From Chthonomonas calidirosea (GTDB lineage Bacteria > Armatimonadota > Fimbriimonadia > Fimbriimonadales > Fimbriimonadaceae): a DNA stretch of 64,000 nucleotides. Of this stretch, positions 36,711 to 45,004 are shown piece by piece. Within the stretch, counting starts at the first letter, position 1; the number at the start of each line of letters is the position of its first letter. The notes beneath the pieces were generated by a model. That model saw only the letters and a program-made list of their open reading frames with translations, was not told the origin of the DNA and searched no databases. Location of the stretch: the NCBI GenBank assembly GCA_945859975.1, contig CAMAPH010000004.1, forward strand, positions 83,212-147,211, in the 5' to 3' direction. The translations under genes and the position numbers were made by a program.

Positions 36711-37937
36711 ATGGCAAATCAAAAAACTGATCATGTAGCGACTTGGGGGGCAGCGGCGCTGATCCTCACCGTCAGTCAGATTGCGGTCGGGATCGCACTC
36801 GGCACTCGTTACATTGCTACGACCGGTGGTGCCCATAAGAGCGTCCAGAACCTTCACTTCGATCCGACGTTCGGAATTTTGCAGGGATTCCACTACTGGG
36901 CCAGCGCGGTCCTTATCGTCGTCAGCGGCCTTGCTGTAGCCGCCGGCCTTTGGAGTGGAAGCTACATCCACAAGAGTCAAACGCAGTTCGTCAGCAACGT
37001 CTTCCTGTTTGTTTTCGCCATCGCTTTCCAGCTAACCGGCAACATTTTGCCTTGGGATCGTCATGCGGTCCAAACCGCCGCAATCGAAGGAAGCATTGCT
37101 GGCCGAGTGCCGGGCGTCGGCAGACCCCTCATGGAAGCAATGCTCGGCGGGAAAGGCGTCTCGCAAGAGACGTTGACGCTTTGGTACGACCTTCACCGAT
37201 TCGTCTTGCCGGGCCTTTTTGTGGTCCTAGCGATCGTGCTCATCAGCTCTTACATCAAAGAGCGGGAAGGAGAGCCGAACTGGGCTGCCGCAGCCGGCGG
37301 GCTTGCGGTCGCATTCCTAACCTCGTTTGTCCTGCGCAGCCCGCTGGGCAGTGCCGCCACGGCCGCCGATGCCGGGAAATTTGATGCCCTCGCTAGTTGG
37401 TACACCCTTCCGGCTCACGCTATGCTCGTTTGGACCGATGGCCTCATGCGGAGTGGCGGTTGGCTCGGTGCCGTTCTCTTACCATCCGCCGTCCTCGCCG
37501 CCATTCTCGGAATAGGTGTGCTTAAGGTTTCTCAGCAGGTAGCCCAGTGGTTCCTGGTCGGCACGACCCTGCTGTTTTCCGCCATCACGTTGCTCCACGG
37601 CGGGAAGCCCGCGCCCCTCGTCGGAAAGCGCGACCCGGCTTCCCTAGCCACGATTGCCAAGCAAACCGATACCAAGGACCCGCAATTGGCCGCGATGGGG
37701 CGCCGAGTATTCAACTCGAACTCTTGCGTGGCCTGCCACGGACAGGATGGCAAAGTTGGCACGACGGGTCCAAGCCTCGCGGATTCGTACAAAAAGCGGA
37801 CCGACGTGTTCTATTACGTCACGTACATCAAGAACCCGAAAGAGATTAAGCCAGGTTCGACGATGCCAGGTTTCCCGGGTCTAAAACCAGAAGAACTCCG
37901 CGCATTGGCGGAGTTCCTTCGGTTCCCAAATGAGTAG
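36711..37937 (+). CDS. Cytochrome b/b6-like protein fused to a C-terminal monoheme cytochrome c
   Basis: GFHYWAS, TGNILPWD, WYDLHRFVLP, ASWY (PEWY position), CVACH and STMP. Confidence 0.85.
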   Translation: MANQKTDHVATWGAAALILTVSQIAVGIALGTRYIATTGGAHKSVQNLHFDPTFGILQGFHYWASAVLIVVSGLAVAAGLWSGSYIHKSQTQFVSNVFLFVFAIAFQLTGNILPWDRHAVQTAAIEGSIAGRVPGVGRPLMEAMLGGKGVSQETLTLWYDLHRFVLPGLFVVLAIVLISSYIKEREGEPNWAAAAGGLAVAFLTSFVLRSPLGSAATAADAGKFDALASWYTLPAHAMLVWTDGLMRSGGWLGAVLLPSAVLAAILGIGVLKVSQQVAQWFLVGTTLLFSAITLLHGGKPAPLVGKRDPASLATIAKQTDTKDPQLAAMGRRVFNSNSCVACHGQDGKVGTTGPSLADSYKKRTDVFYYVTYIKNPKEIKPGSTMPGFPGLKPEELRALAEFLRFPNE

Positions 37938-37945
37938 CGTGCAGA

Positions 37946-38731
37946 CTAGCCGCAACCGGTAAGGTCTGGCTCTGGCTCGCTGGTCTTCGGAACGAAGACC
38001 GTTCCAAACGAGTTGTTGCCAAGCGAGAACGTTGGCGACGAAGCGTAGCACCCTGGATCGCCAGTTCGGAAACCGTTGCCTTCAAAGCTGAAGACACGTC
38101 GGTAGTTCGTCGGCAGCGTGTCGCTGTTGATCGTGAACGTTGCAGCATTGAGCGGCAAGGACGCTCGGAAGTTGCCTTGGAACGGCTGTCGGACGGTTCC
38201 GATGAGGACTCCGCTAGCATCGTAGAATTCGATCGCGGCGCCGCGAATCGGCTGGCCAGTCGAAGAGTCCACAACCTGTCCCTGAACCGAAGCCTGTGCC
38301 GGCTTGATTTGGTAAGCGGCAAAGTAGTCCACTCCGTTGTAGCGAGTTCCGATGAATTCCGTGGTTGTCGTGACGACGTTGCCCGCTTCGTAAAGACCGG
38401 AATCAGTTCCAATCTGTCCAAAGGCGCTCGTTTCGTCGCTGTTTCTCCACTCGGTGACCGGTAGAACCGTTCGCACGCCCGTGGTCGAGTACGTTGCGAG
38501 TTGGTACTTAATGATCTGACCGACCTGAACGTTCAGGGGGTCAACAACCACGAAGGCGGCTGGATCGCTTGGAGCAACCCCACCAGGAGCCAACACGGCC
38601 TCGACGAACGTAAGTGGGCCAGCTGTTGGCAATCCGCCGCCACCACCTGCTGCCCCACCACCGTTATTTCCTCCGCATCCTGCTAAGAACAGTGCGGCCA
38701 AAGTAGTTACCGCGAAACTTGCGCGCTTCAT
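37946..38731 (-). CDS. Lipoprotein with Ig-like / carboxypeptidase-regulatory-like domains
   Basis: Lipobox LAGC, Gly linker, VQGQVVD...PIRGAAI. Confidence 0.7.
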   Translation of the reverse strand: MKRASFAVTTLAALFLAGCGGNNGGGAAGGGGGLPTAGPLTFVEAVLAPGGVAPSDPAAFVVVDPLNVQVGQIIKYQLATYSTTGVRTVLPVTEWRNSDETSAFGQIGTDSGLYEAGNVVTTTTEFIGTRYNGVDYFAAYQIKPAQASVQGQVVDSSTGQPIRGAAIEFYDASGVLIGTVRQPFQGNFRASLPLNAATFTINSDTLPTNYRRVFSFEGNGFRTGDPGCYASSPTFSLGNNSFGTVFVPKTSEPEPDLTGCG

Positions 38732-38771
38732 CGATTCATATTATGCCAATCTCAGCGAATATTGGGAAGGT

Positions 38772-39566
38772 TTACAATCCGCAATCTGGTGGCGGAGGCG
38801 GAGGAGTTGTTCCGCCAACCTTACGATAGACGACCGGATTGGATGGCAACAAGGTCAAACTTGAACTTGAAACCGCCGGAAGTGTCGCTTTTGAGTCTGG
38901 ACAAATGACGCTGTATTCGCTCGCACCGTAGCCAAACTGATTGTAATATCTTGTGGCCAATCCGGTCATATCCACTAAAAAACCAGTAGCGTTAAACGGC
39001 GCGACGACTCGGAAGGTGCCGTTCGAGCCCGTAACCGCGGTTCCGACCTGAGCCCCTGCAGCGTTGTAGATGCGCACGAAGGCTCCGGGAACCCCTTGAG
39101 AGTCCGTATTCCGAACGCGACCCGCAACCAAACCACCGCTTGCCGCCTTAATCGTGAAGTTCGCGGTGTATTCGTTTCCGTTTGCCCGCACGACGTAAGT
39201 TGTGCTCGTGGCTGCCTTGGCCTCAAAAGCCCCGGAGCTGCTCGTCACGGCGATCGAGCCGGGCGCAGTGGTTGACCAGTTGCTGGAAGGCACAGCGGCG
39301 ATCTGTCCGGTGTAATCGCGGCCCCAGAGGTACATCTGAAGCGTGTCCCCGACCCGAATGTTCGAGGGATCGACTACGTAGTTGTCGGGCGTTCGGAACT
39401 CAACCGCGACTTCAGTGAAGGTTCCGCCAGAGCCGCCGCCACTGGCCGAGGTGCTGCCGCCTCCACCGCCGCCACCACCACACGCTATCACCGTGATCAA
39501 AAGGGCAGAGCAAACACCAACACTCCACGCCGAACCCGCTTTACGCATACCATTCCAACGATTCAT
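38772..39566 (-). CDS. Lipoprotein, paralog of the adjacent gene
   Basis: Lipobox VIAC, Gly linker, VAGRVRN...GVPGAFV; shared VVDPxNxxVG. Confidence 0.7.
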   Translation of the reverse strand: MNRWNGMRKAGSAWSVGVCSALLITVIACGGGGGGGGSTSASGGGSGGTFTEVAVEFRTPDNYVVDPSNIRVGDTLQMYLWGRDYTGQIAAVPSSNWSTTAPGSIAVTSSSGAFEAKAATSTTYVVRANGNEYTANFTIKAASGGLVAGRVRNTDSQGVPGAFVRIYNAAGAQVGTAVTGSNGTFRVVAPFNATGFLVDMTGLATRYYNQFGYGASEYSVICPDSKATLPAVSSSSLTLLPSNPVVYRKVGGTTPPPPPPDCGL

Positions 39567-39621
39567 TTTCTTACCTGTTCCACTTAAACTTCGAATTCGA
39601 AAGAATTCTCAAGGTTGGCGA

Positions 39622-40035
39622 TTATTCAACGCGCCGTACAGCTTCCGACGCAAATCCCATCGGCAACAGTTCAATCAGCCGATGCTCCGTCGTCTTACCC
39701 GTCGAACCGCAAAGCAAGATACGACAGTTCGACGGATCCTCGACAAACTCAACCAGGGTTTGCAGGCACATGCCACACGGCGTGCCCCCATCGTTTGTGA
39801 AGACCGCAAGCTCGGTCCATCTTTGCTTACCGGCCGAAACCATCGCGGCGATCGCGCTCCGCTCGGCACAGATCGTCAAACCGAACGAAAGGTTCTCGAC
39901 GTTGGCACCAATGAATATCTCGCCGTCCGCTGCCCGCAACGCCGCGCCAACCAAGTACCCGCTGTACGGCGCATAGGCGTGGCTTCGAACTTCCTTTGCT
40001 TTGGCAATCAGGATCTCGTCACTCGAAATGGACAA
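39622..40035 (-). CDS. cdd: Cytidine deaminase
   Basis: AYAPYS, GANVEN, CAER, PCGMC. Confidence 0.93.
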   Translation of the reverse strand: MSISSDEILIAKAKEVRSHAYAPYSGYLVGAALRAADGEIFIGANVENLSFGLTICAERSAIAAMVSAGKQRWTELAVFTNDGGTPCGMCLQTLVEFVEDPSNCRILLCGSTGKTTEHRLIELLPMGFASEAVRRVE

Positions 40036-42358
40036 TCGTCACTCCTTGCCCGCCTTCGCTCGGTTCGCCATCGCGATAGGACACTACCTCGGGATGCTTT
40101 TTAAGAGCTTCCTGGGTGACCTTTCGCAGGATGCCCTCGCCCTTTCCATGGACGATTCGCAAGTTCGAGGTCCCGGCTAACAAAGCGTCATCGATAAATC
40201 TCTCGAGCCGGGGTAAAGCTTCCTCGGCCCGCAAATGCCTCAGGTCAAGCTCAAGCGTTGAGTTGATCGCCTTCTGCAACCGCATCTCCATCGTTCGGCG
40301 CGAGCCCACGGGGTTGGCGGATGTCTTTTGGAGCCGCTCGATGGGGACTGAGAGCTTCATCATGCCGACCTGCACCATGACCTGCCCGCCTCTTGGGGCC
40401 TCAAGTACGACTCCCTTCTGGCCAAACCCGGTCACGCTCACCGAATCCCCTTTCTGAATCTGATCTGGGATGCTCGTGCGAGATGATGTTGCACCGGCAC
40501 GAAACTCCTTGGCGAAATCCTTGCCCACTTCATCAAGCTCTTTGAGCCCGCGTCGCACGCTCTCGCTCGTTTTCGTGTCGCCAGGCTTGGCTTTCAGCTC
40601 GTCGAAAAGCCGATTGGCTTCCAGCCGAATCTCACGCAAGGCGATCTCGATGACTTCGTTCGCGTTGGCGTGGGCTTTCTTTCGAATGTCTTCGGCTTCT
40701 CGCAGCTTTTGGTCGGCTACTTTCTCGGCCACCCGCAGTTCATTGAGCTTGCGATCAGCCTCACCCTGAGCAATTCGCGCGAGCTTTTGGGCTTGGGAAA
40801 GTTGTTCCAGCATCTTTGCCAAGTCTTGAGCCTGGGTGCCTAGCTCTTCTCGCGCCTGCTCTACGATGGTCGGATCGATTCCATATCGCTCGGCGATCTT
40901 GAGCGCATGGCTCGCTCCGGGAGCGCCAACGAGCAGGCGGTACGTTGGGCGCAGGGTCTTCTCGTCGAACTCCATGGCGGCGTTCTGAAAGCCTTCGGTG
41001 TTGAACGCAAACGCCTTCAGCTCGCCGTAGTGCGTGCTCGCAAGGATGGCGGCACCTTTCTCATGCAAGGCTCGAAGAATCGCCGCGGCAAGCGCAGCCC
41101 CTTCGGCCGGGTCGGTCCCTGCTCCAATTTCATCGAGAAGCACCAGGCCGCCCGGCTTCAATTCTCGGACCGCTTTGCCGACGTTCTTGATGTGCCCGGA
41201 GAAGGTCGAAAGGGACTGCTCAAGACTTTGTTCGTCGCCAATGTCCGCCCAAATTTGGCAGAACGGCGACAACCGAACCTCAAGCGCGGGCGGCATGAGT
41301 CCGGTCTGGGCCATCGCAACGAACAGCCCAACGCACTTGATGGCCACTGTCTTACCGCCCGTGTTTGGACCCGTAATGAGCACACTCTTCCCGGGCTGAA
41401 GCGTGATGTCCAACGGGACCGCCTTGGCCGGATCGAGCAACGGATGCTTGCCATGCAAAATCTGGATTCGCGCCGGGCCCTCGGACATCATCGGCAAGAC
41501 TCCTCTTACCGAGAATCCATACCGCGCGCTGGCAAAAGCCAGGTCAATCTGCGCCGCGGCTTCGACGGCACCAGAGGTCGCCAGCGCTTCCTTTCCGACC
41601 CATTCGCTAAGCGCAGTCAGGATTCGAAACTCTTCTGCTCGGGCGAGCGCTTCCGCCTCACGCAAGGTGTTTCCAAGCTGTACAACCTCATCGGGCTCAA
41701 GGAAGATCGTCTGACCGCTGGCACTGGTGTCATGCACGATGCCACGAATTTTTCCGCGATTCTCGGCCTTGAGGGGCACAACGTAGCGACCATCGCGGGT
41801 CGTGTAAATCGGGTCGCTCAAGAGGTCGCGGAATCGGCCGGAGGTGTACTTCTGAATCGTCTCGACAATCCGCGTCGCGGTTCCGGCCCGCCGACGTCGC
41901 AATGTTGCCAGTTCTGGGGAAGCATGGTCCCGCAACGTGCCACCTGGCTCAAGTACGTCCAGCAGTCGCGCTTCCAGCGACGGCGCGGCATGCAGCGCAA
42001 ACGCGTACGGATGGAGCGCCGGCATATCTTCTTGGCGATTCGAGAGGAACTCCTTCATCGCTCGCAAAGCGCCGAGGCACTCGCCGATACGGAACAACTC
42101 TTCCCCGCCCAGCACGCCGCCCTTTTCTGCCCGCTTCAACGGACCGCGTAAATCTCTTACCGCCGAAAGCCCAGGCGGCGAGTGGCGCTCCAGCGCAGTT
42201 ACTGCGTCGGTGGTCTTTTGTTGCCGCTCAAAAACGGTGGGCGAATCAAAACTCGGCTTCAGCTCGATCGCTAGAGCTGCGCCAATTTCAGTTTCGCAAT
42301 GCCGAGCGAGCTCCGCCAGAATTGCGCCGTATTCAAGAACCTTTAGGGCGTGAATCAT
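40019..42358 (-). CDS. mutS2: Endonuclease MutS2
   Basis: GPNTGGKT, SLSTFSGH, LLDEIGAGTDP, STHY, C-terminal Smr domain (IVHGKGEG). Confidence 0.95.
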   Translation of the reverse strand: MIHALKVLEYGAILAELARHCETEIGAALAIELKPSFDSPTVFERQQKTTDAVTALERHSPPGLSAVRDLRGPLKRAEKGGVLGGEELFRIGECLGALRAMKEFLSNRQEDMPALHPYAFALHAAPSLEARLLDVLEPGGTLRDHASPELATLRRRRAGTATRIVETIQKYTSGRFRDLLSDPIYTTRDGRYVVPLKAENRGKIRGIVHDTSASGQTIFLEPDEVVQLGNTLREAEALARAEEFRILTALSEWVGKEALATSGAVEAAAQIDLAFASARYGFSVRGVLPMMSEGPARIQILHGKHPLLDPAKAVPLDITLQPGKSVLITGPNTGGKTVAIKCVGLFVAMAQTGLMPPALEVRLSPFCQIWADIGDEQSLEQSLSTFSGHIKNVGKAVRELKPGGLVLLDEIGAGTDPAEGAALAAAILRALHEKGAAILASTHYGELKAFAFNTEGFQNAAMEFDEKTLRPTYRLLVGAPGASHALKIAERYGIDPTIVEQAREELGTQAQDLAKMLEQLSQAQKLARIAQGEADRKLNELRVAEKVADQKLREAEDIRKKAHANANEVIEIALREIRLEANRLFDELKAKPGDTKTSESVRRGLKELDEVGKDFAKEFRAGATSSRTSIPDQIQKGDSVSVTGFGQKGVVLEAPRGGQVMVQVGMMKLSVPIERLQKTSANPVGSRRTMEMRLQKAINSTLELDLRHLRAEEALPRLERFIDDALLAGTSNLRIVHGKGEGILRKVTQEALKKHPEVVSYRDGEPSEGGQGVTIVHFE

Positions 42359-42446
42359 CGACCAAGACCATTGTGTCGTCAAAGAAGGCAATCGAACACC
42401 GAATGTGCCGTACTCCCTACCGGCGAAAACTTGCCAAACTACAAAC

Positions 42447-43079
42447 GTGCTGGTTGCCTCGCTGTCTTTGATGTTCGCAAATGTCGTGACCCTAAGCCCG
42501 ACGGATGACATTTGGGCTTATCCTCACGCCACGGATCCGCAGCGCGATGCCTACCTGCGCGTTTGGGGAGTTGGCGGAGTTCCCGTAGCGGAATCAGCCT
42601 CCGACGCCGAATCATTTTCGTACAGCCTGCTTCAGTTCAACACCGGAAAGGTACCGACGGGAAAGAAACTCACTGCCGCCAAGCTGATCGTCACCCACAT
42701 CGCGAACCCGTCGTTCACGGTCGAGGGCGCTGCCAAGACTCCGCTCGAAGTTCGATCAGTCGATGGCGAGTTCAAGGAGAAGGGTTGGACTTACGAATCG
42801 CTTTTCAAGCTCAAGCTCGACGGAAAGGAATCGTCACTCTTCGGGGCCGCGGCGCCAAAGTTCACCGCACCGGATGCCGAGTTTAAGATCGAGATTGATC
42901 TCATGACCGGCAAAGGAAACTTTGCCGATTATCTTTCGAAGCGAGTCGGCGGCCCGCTTTCGCTGGTCCTCACCACGAAGTTGAGCATGGACGAAAACCG
43001 CCAGACCTACAAGATCTTCTCGAAAGACGCCGAGCGGGAAGCCGCCCGGCCAGTCCTTGAACTCACGTTCGAGGAATGA
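42447..43079 (+). CDS. Exported beta-sandwich hypothetical protein
   Basis: Short signal, SLLQF...AAKL, C-terminal SKD...RPVLEL typical of DNRLRE-like domains. Confidence 0.6.
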   Translation: MLVASLSLMFANVVTLSPTDDIWAYPHATDPQRDAYLRVWGVGGVPVAESASDAESFSYSLLQFNTGKVPTGKKLTAAKLIVTHIANPSFTVEGAAKTPLEVRSVDGEFKEKGWTYESLFKLKLDGKESSLFGAAAPKFTAPDAEFKIEIDLMTGKGNFADYLSKRVGGPLSLVLTTKLSMDENRQTYKIFSKDAEREAARPVLELTFEE

Positions 43080-44982
43080 GACCCGGTCCGCGCAATAAGC
43101 GCAGTCCGTTCAAAATCACCAGCACCGTACTTCCCTCATGCCCAATGACCGCAACGGGCAGGGGTAGCCGGATGATGAACGAGCTGACGGTGAGGGCGAT
43201 GATCACTCCACCCGCAAAGATGAGGTTGGTTGTGATCGTCTTACGCGTCTTTCGCCCAAGTTCGATGAGTTCTGGCAATGCATCGAGCCGATCTCGCATC
43301 AGAACCACATCCGCCGAATTGAGCGCCACGTCCGATCCGAGTCCACCCATCGCAACGCCGACGTAGGCCGCCGAAAGCGCCGGCCCATCGTTCACGCCAT
43401 CGCCAACCATCATCACCCGGTGCTCTTTCCCAAGCTCGGCGATCCGTCCTGATTTTTGGCCTGGCATCAAGCCGCCTTGAATCTCGTCCAGCTTCAGCAG
43501 GGTTGCCAATCGCGAAACTGCCGCCGGCGAATCTCCGCTAAGCATGGCCAGATGCTCTACACCCATCGACCGCAGTTGCTCCAAAACCGCCGGGGTCTCG
43601 GGTCGCATCTCGTCTTCAAAAGCAAGCACGGCAAACCCCAAAGGCGAATCCATGACGACGATGCCGAGCCCTTGCCCCTGCCATTCCGTGACGTGGCTTT
43701 GAACATAGGTTGGCACTTGGACGTTGGCTTCTTCCCAAAGGCGAATTTGCCCCAGCCGAATCGGACCGTTTGCCGTGGTTCCCTCGATTCCGAGGCCGGG
43801 AATAACCCGGTGGTCTGACACGACCGGTTCTGGCTCCGGCCACTGAACGGCCGCCCGGCGGATGGCCTCGGCCATCGGGTGCGCCGCGTACTTCTCAAGC
43901 GCCGCAGCAAGCGCCACCACTTCGCGTACCTGAGGGCTTGGGTCTCCCACACCCGAGTAACATTGGTCTTCTGCCGCGCTATCGACTTCATCGCGACTGC
44001 AAACACAAACGCATCGTAACTTTGGCCGACCGCTCGTGATGGTGCCGGTCTTGTCGAATGCGACCGCATTAACTTCACCCGCGCGCTCAATGAACTCTCC
44101 GCCCCGAATTAGCAAGCCGTTCCGCGCTGCCCATGCCAAAGCGCTCAGCGTCGTCGCCGGGGTCGAAATCACCAAAGCACATGGGCTAAGGGCGACCAGC
44201 AGCACCACAGAAGCGTAGGTCGCCGCCATCAAAGGCTGGTTCATCCCGAGAAGTCGAACGGCGAGCGAAATGCCAAACGCCGCGAGCACGAACCAGGTGT
44301 ACCGCTGCCCGAACCACTGGCTAACACGCTCACCCGAAGCTTTATTCGTCTGCGCTTCTTGCACAAGCGCAACAATTCGGTCGAGAGTGCTGTCGCCGAC
44401 CACAGTTCGAACCGAAATCAGCAAGGGGCCGTCTAGGTTCTGGGTTCCACCGATTACATTTGTGCCTTTCTCGACCGAAACCGGGACCGATTCGCCTGTA
44501 ATCGATGCCTGGTTGACGGAGCTTAAGCCTTCAACAACCGTTCCATCAACCGGAATCGACGTAAAGCTCGGCACTCGGACGACGTCCCCAACCGCAAGCG
44601 TTTCGACCGGCACCGTCTTGTCGGCGCCATCTCGAACCAGAATCGCCTCGCTCGGCCGTAGCTTGACGAGGGAAGAAATTGCATCCTTGGTGCGGTTCAT
44701 TGCGCGCTCCTCCATCACGCTAGAAAGATTGAACAGGAAGAGCAAAATCGCCGCGTCGCCGGGCTGATTCACCACTGCCGCGCCGACGGCGGCGAGGAGC
44801 ATCAGGAAGTCGACATCCAGATCGCCGTGGCGCAAACTTTCAAAAGTCCGCTTGATCAGGAACGGCAATCCGACCGCCAAAGCCACCCACGCGAGCCAAC
44901 TCAAGTTCGGCAGGTAGCTCAAACCACCTGCCACAAATACAAGAACCGTTAGGACCTCGCGAAAGGAACCTAACGGTTTCAT
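43063..44982 (-). CDS. Heavy-metal P-type ATPase, P1B-4 subclass (Co/Zn/Fe)
   Basis: TGES, SPC, DKTGT, HP, GDGVND, HEGST; no N-terminal metal-binding domain. Confidence 0.9.
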   Translation of the reverse strand: MKPLGSFREVLTVLVFVAGGLSYLPNLSWLAWVALAVGLPFLIKRTFESLRHGDLDVDFLMLLAAVGAAVVNQPGDAAILLFLFNLSSVMEERAMNRTKDAISSLVKLRPSEAILVRDGADKTVPVETLAVGDVVRVPSFTSIPVDGTVVEGLSSVNQASITGESVPVSVEKGTNVIGGTQNLDGPLLISVRTVVGDSTLDRIVALVQEAQTNKASGERVSQWFGQRYTWFVLAAFGISLAVRLLGMNQPLMAATYASVVLLVALSPCALVISTPATTLSALAWAARNGLLIRGGEFIERAGEVNAVAFDKTGTITSGRPKLRCVCVCSRDEVDSAAEDQCYSGVGDPSPQVREVVALAAALEKYAAHPMAEAIRRAAVQWPEPEPVVSDHRVIPGLGIEGTTANGPIRLGQIRLWEEANVQVPTYVQSHVTEWQGQGLGIVVMDSPLGFAVLAFEDEMRPETPAVLEQLRSMGVEHLAMLSGDSPAAVSRLATLLKLDEIQGGLMPGQKSGRIAELGKEHRVMMVGDGVNDGPALSAAYVGVAMGGLGSDVALNSADVVLMRDRLDALPELIELGRKTRKTITTNLIFAGGVIIALTVSSFIIRLPLPVAVIGHEGSTVLVILNGLRLLRGPGLIPRT

Positions 44983-45004
44983 GTATCCACTGTACCGCTG
45001 GGGG

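Noticed and set aside
40907..42151. Long antisense ORF (414 aa) opposite mutS2, and similar shadow ORFs elsewhere
   Set aside because: Typical stop-poor antisense frames of GC-rich genes; no motifs.
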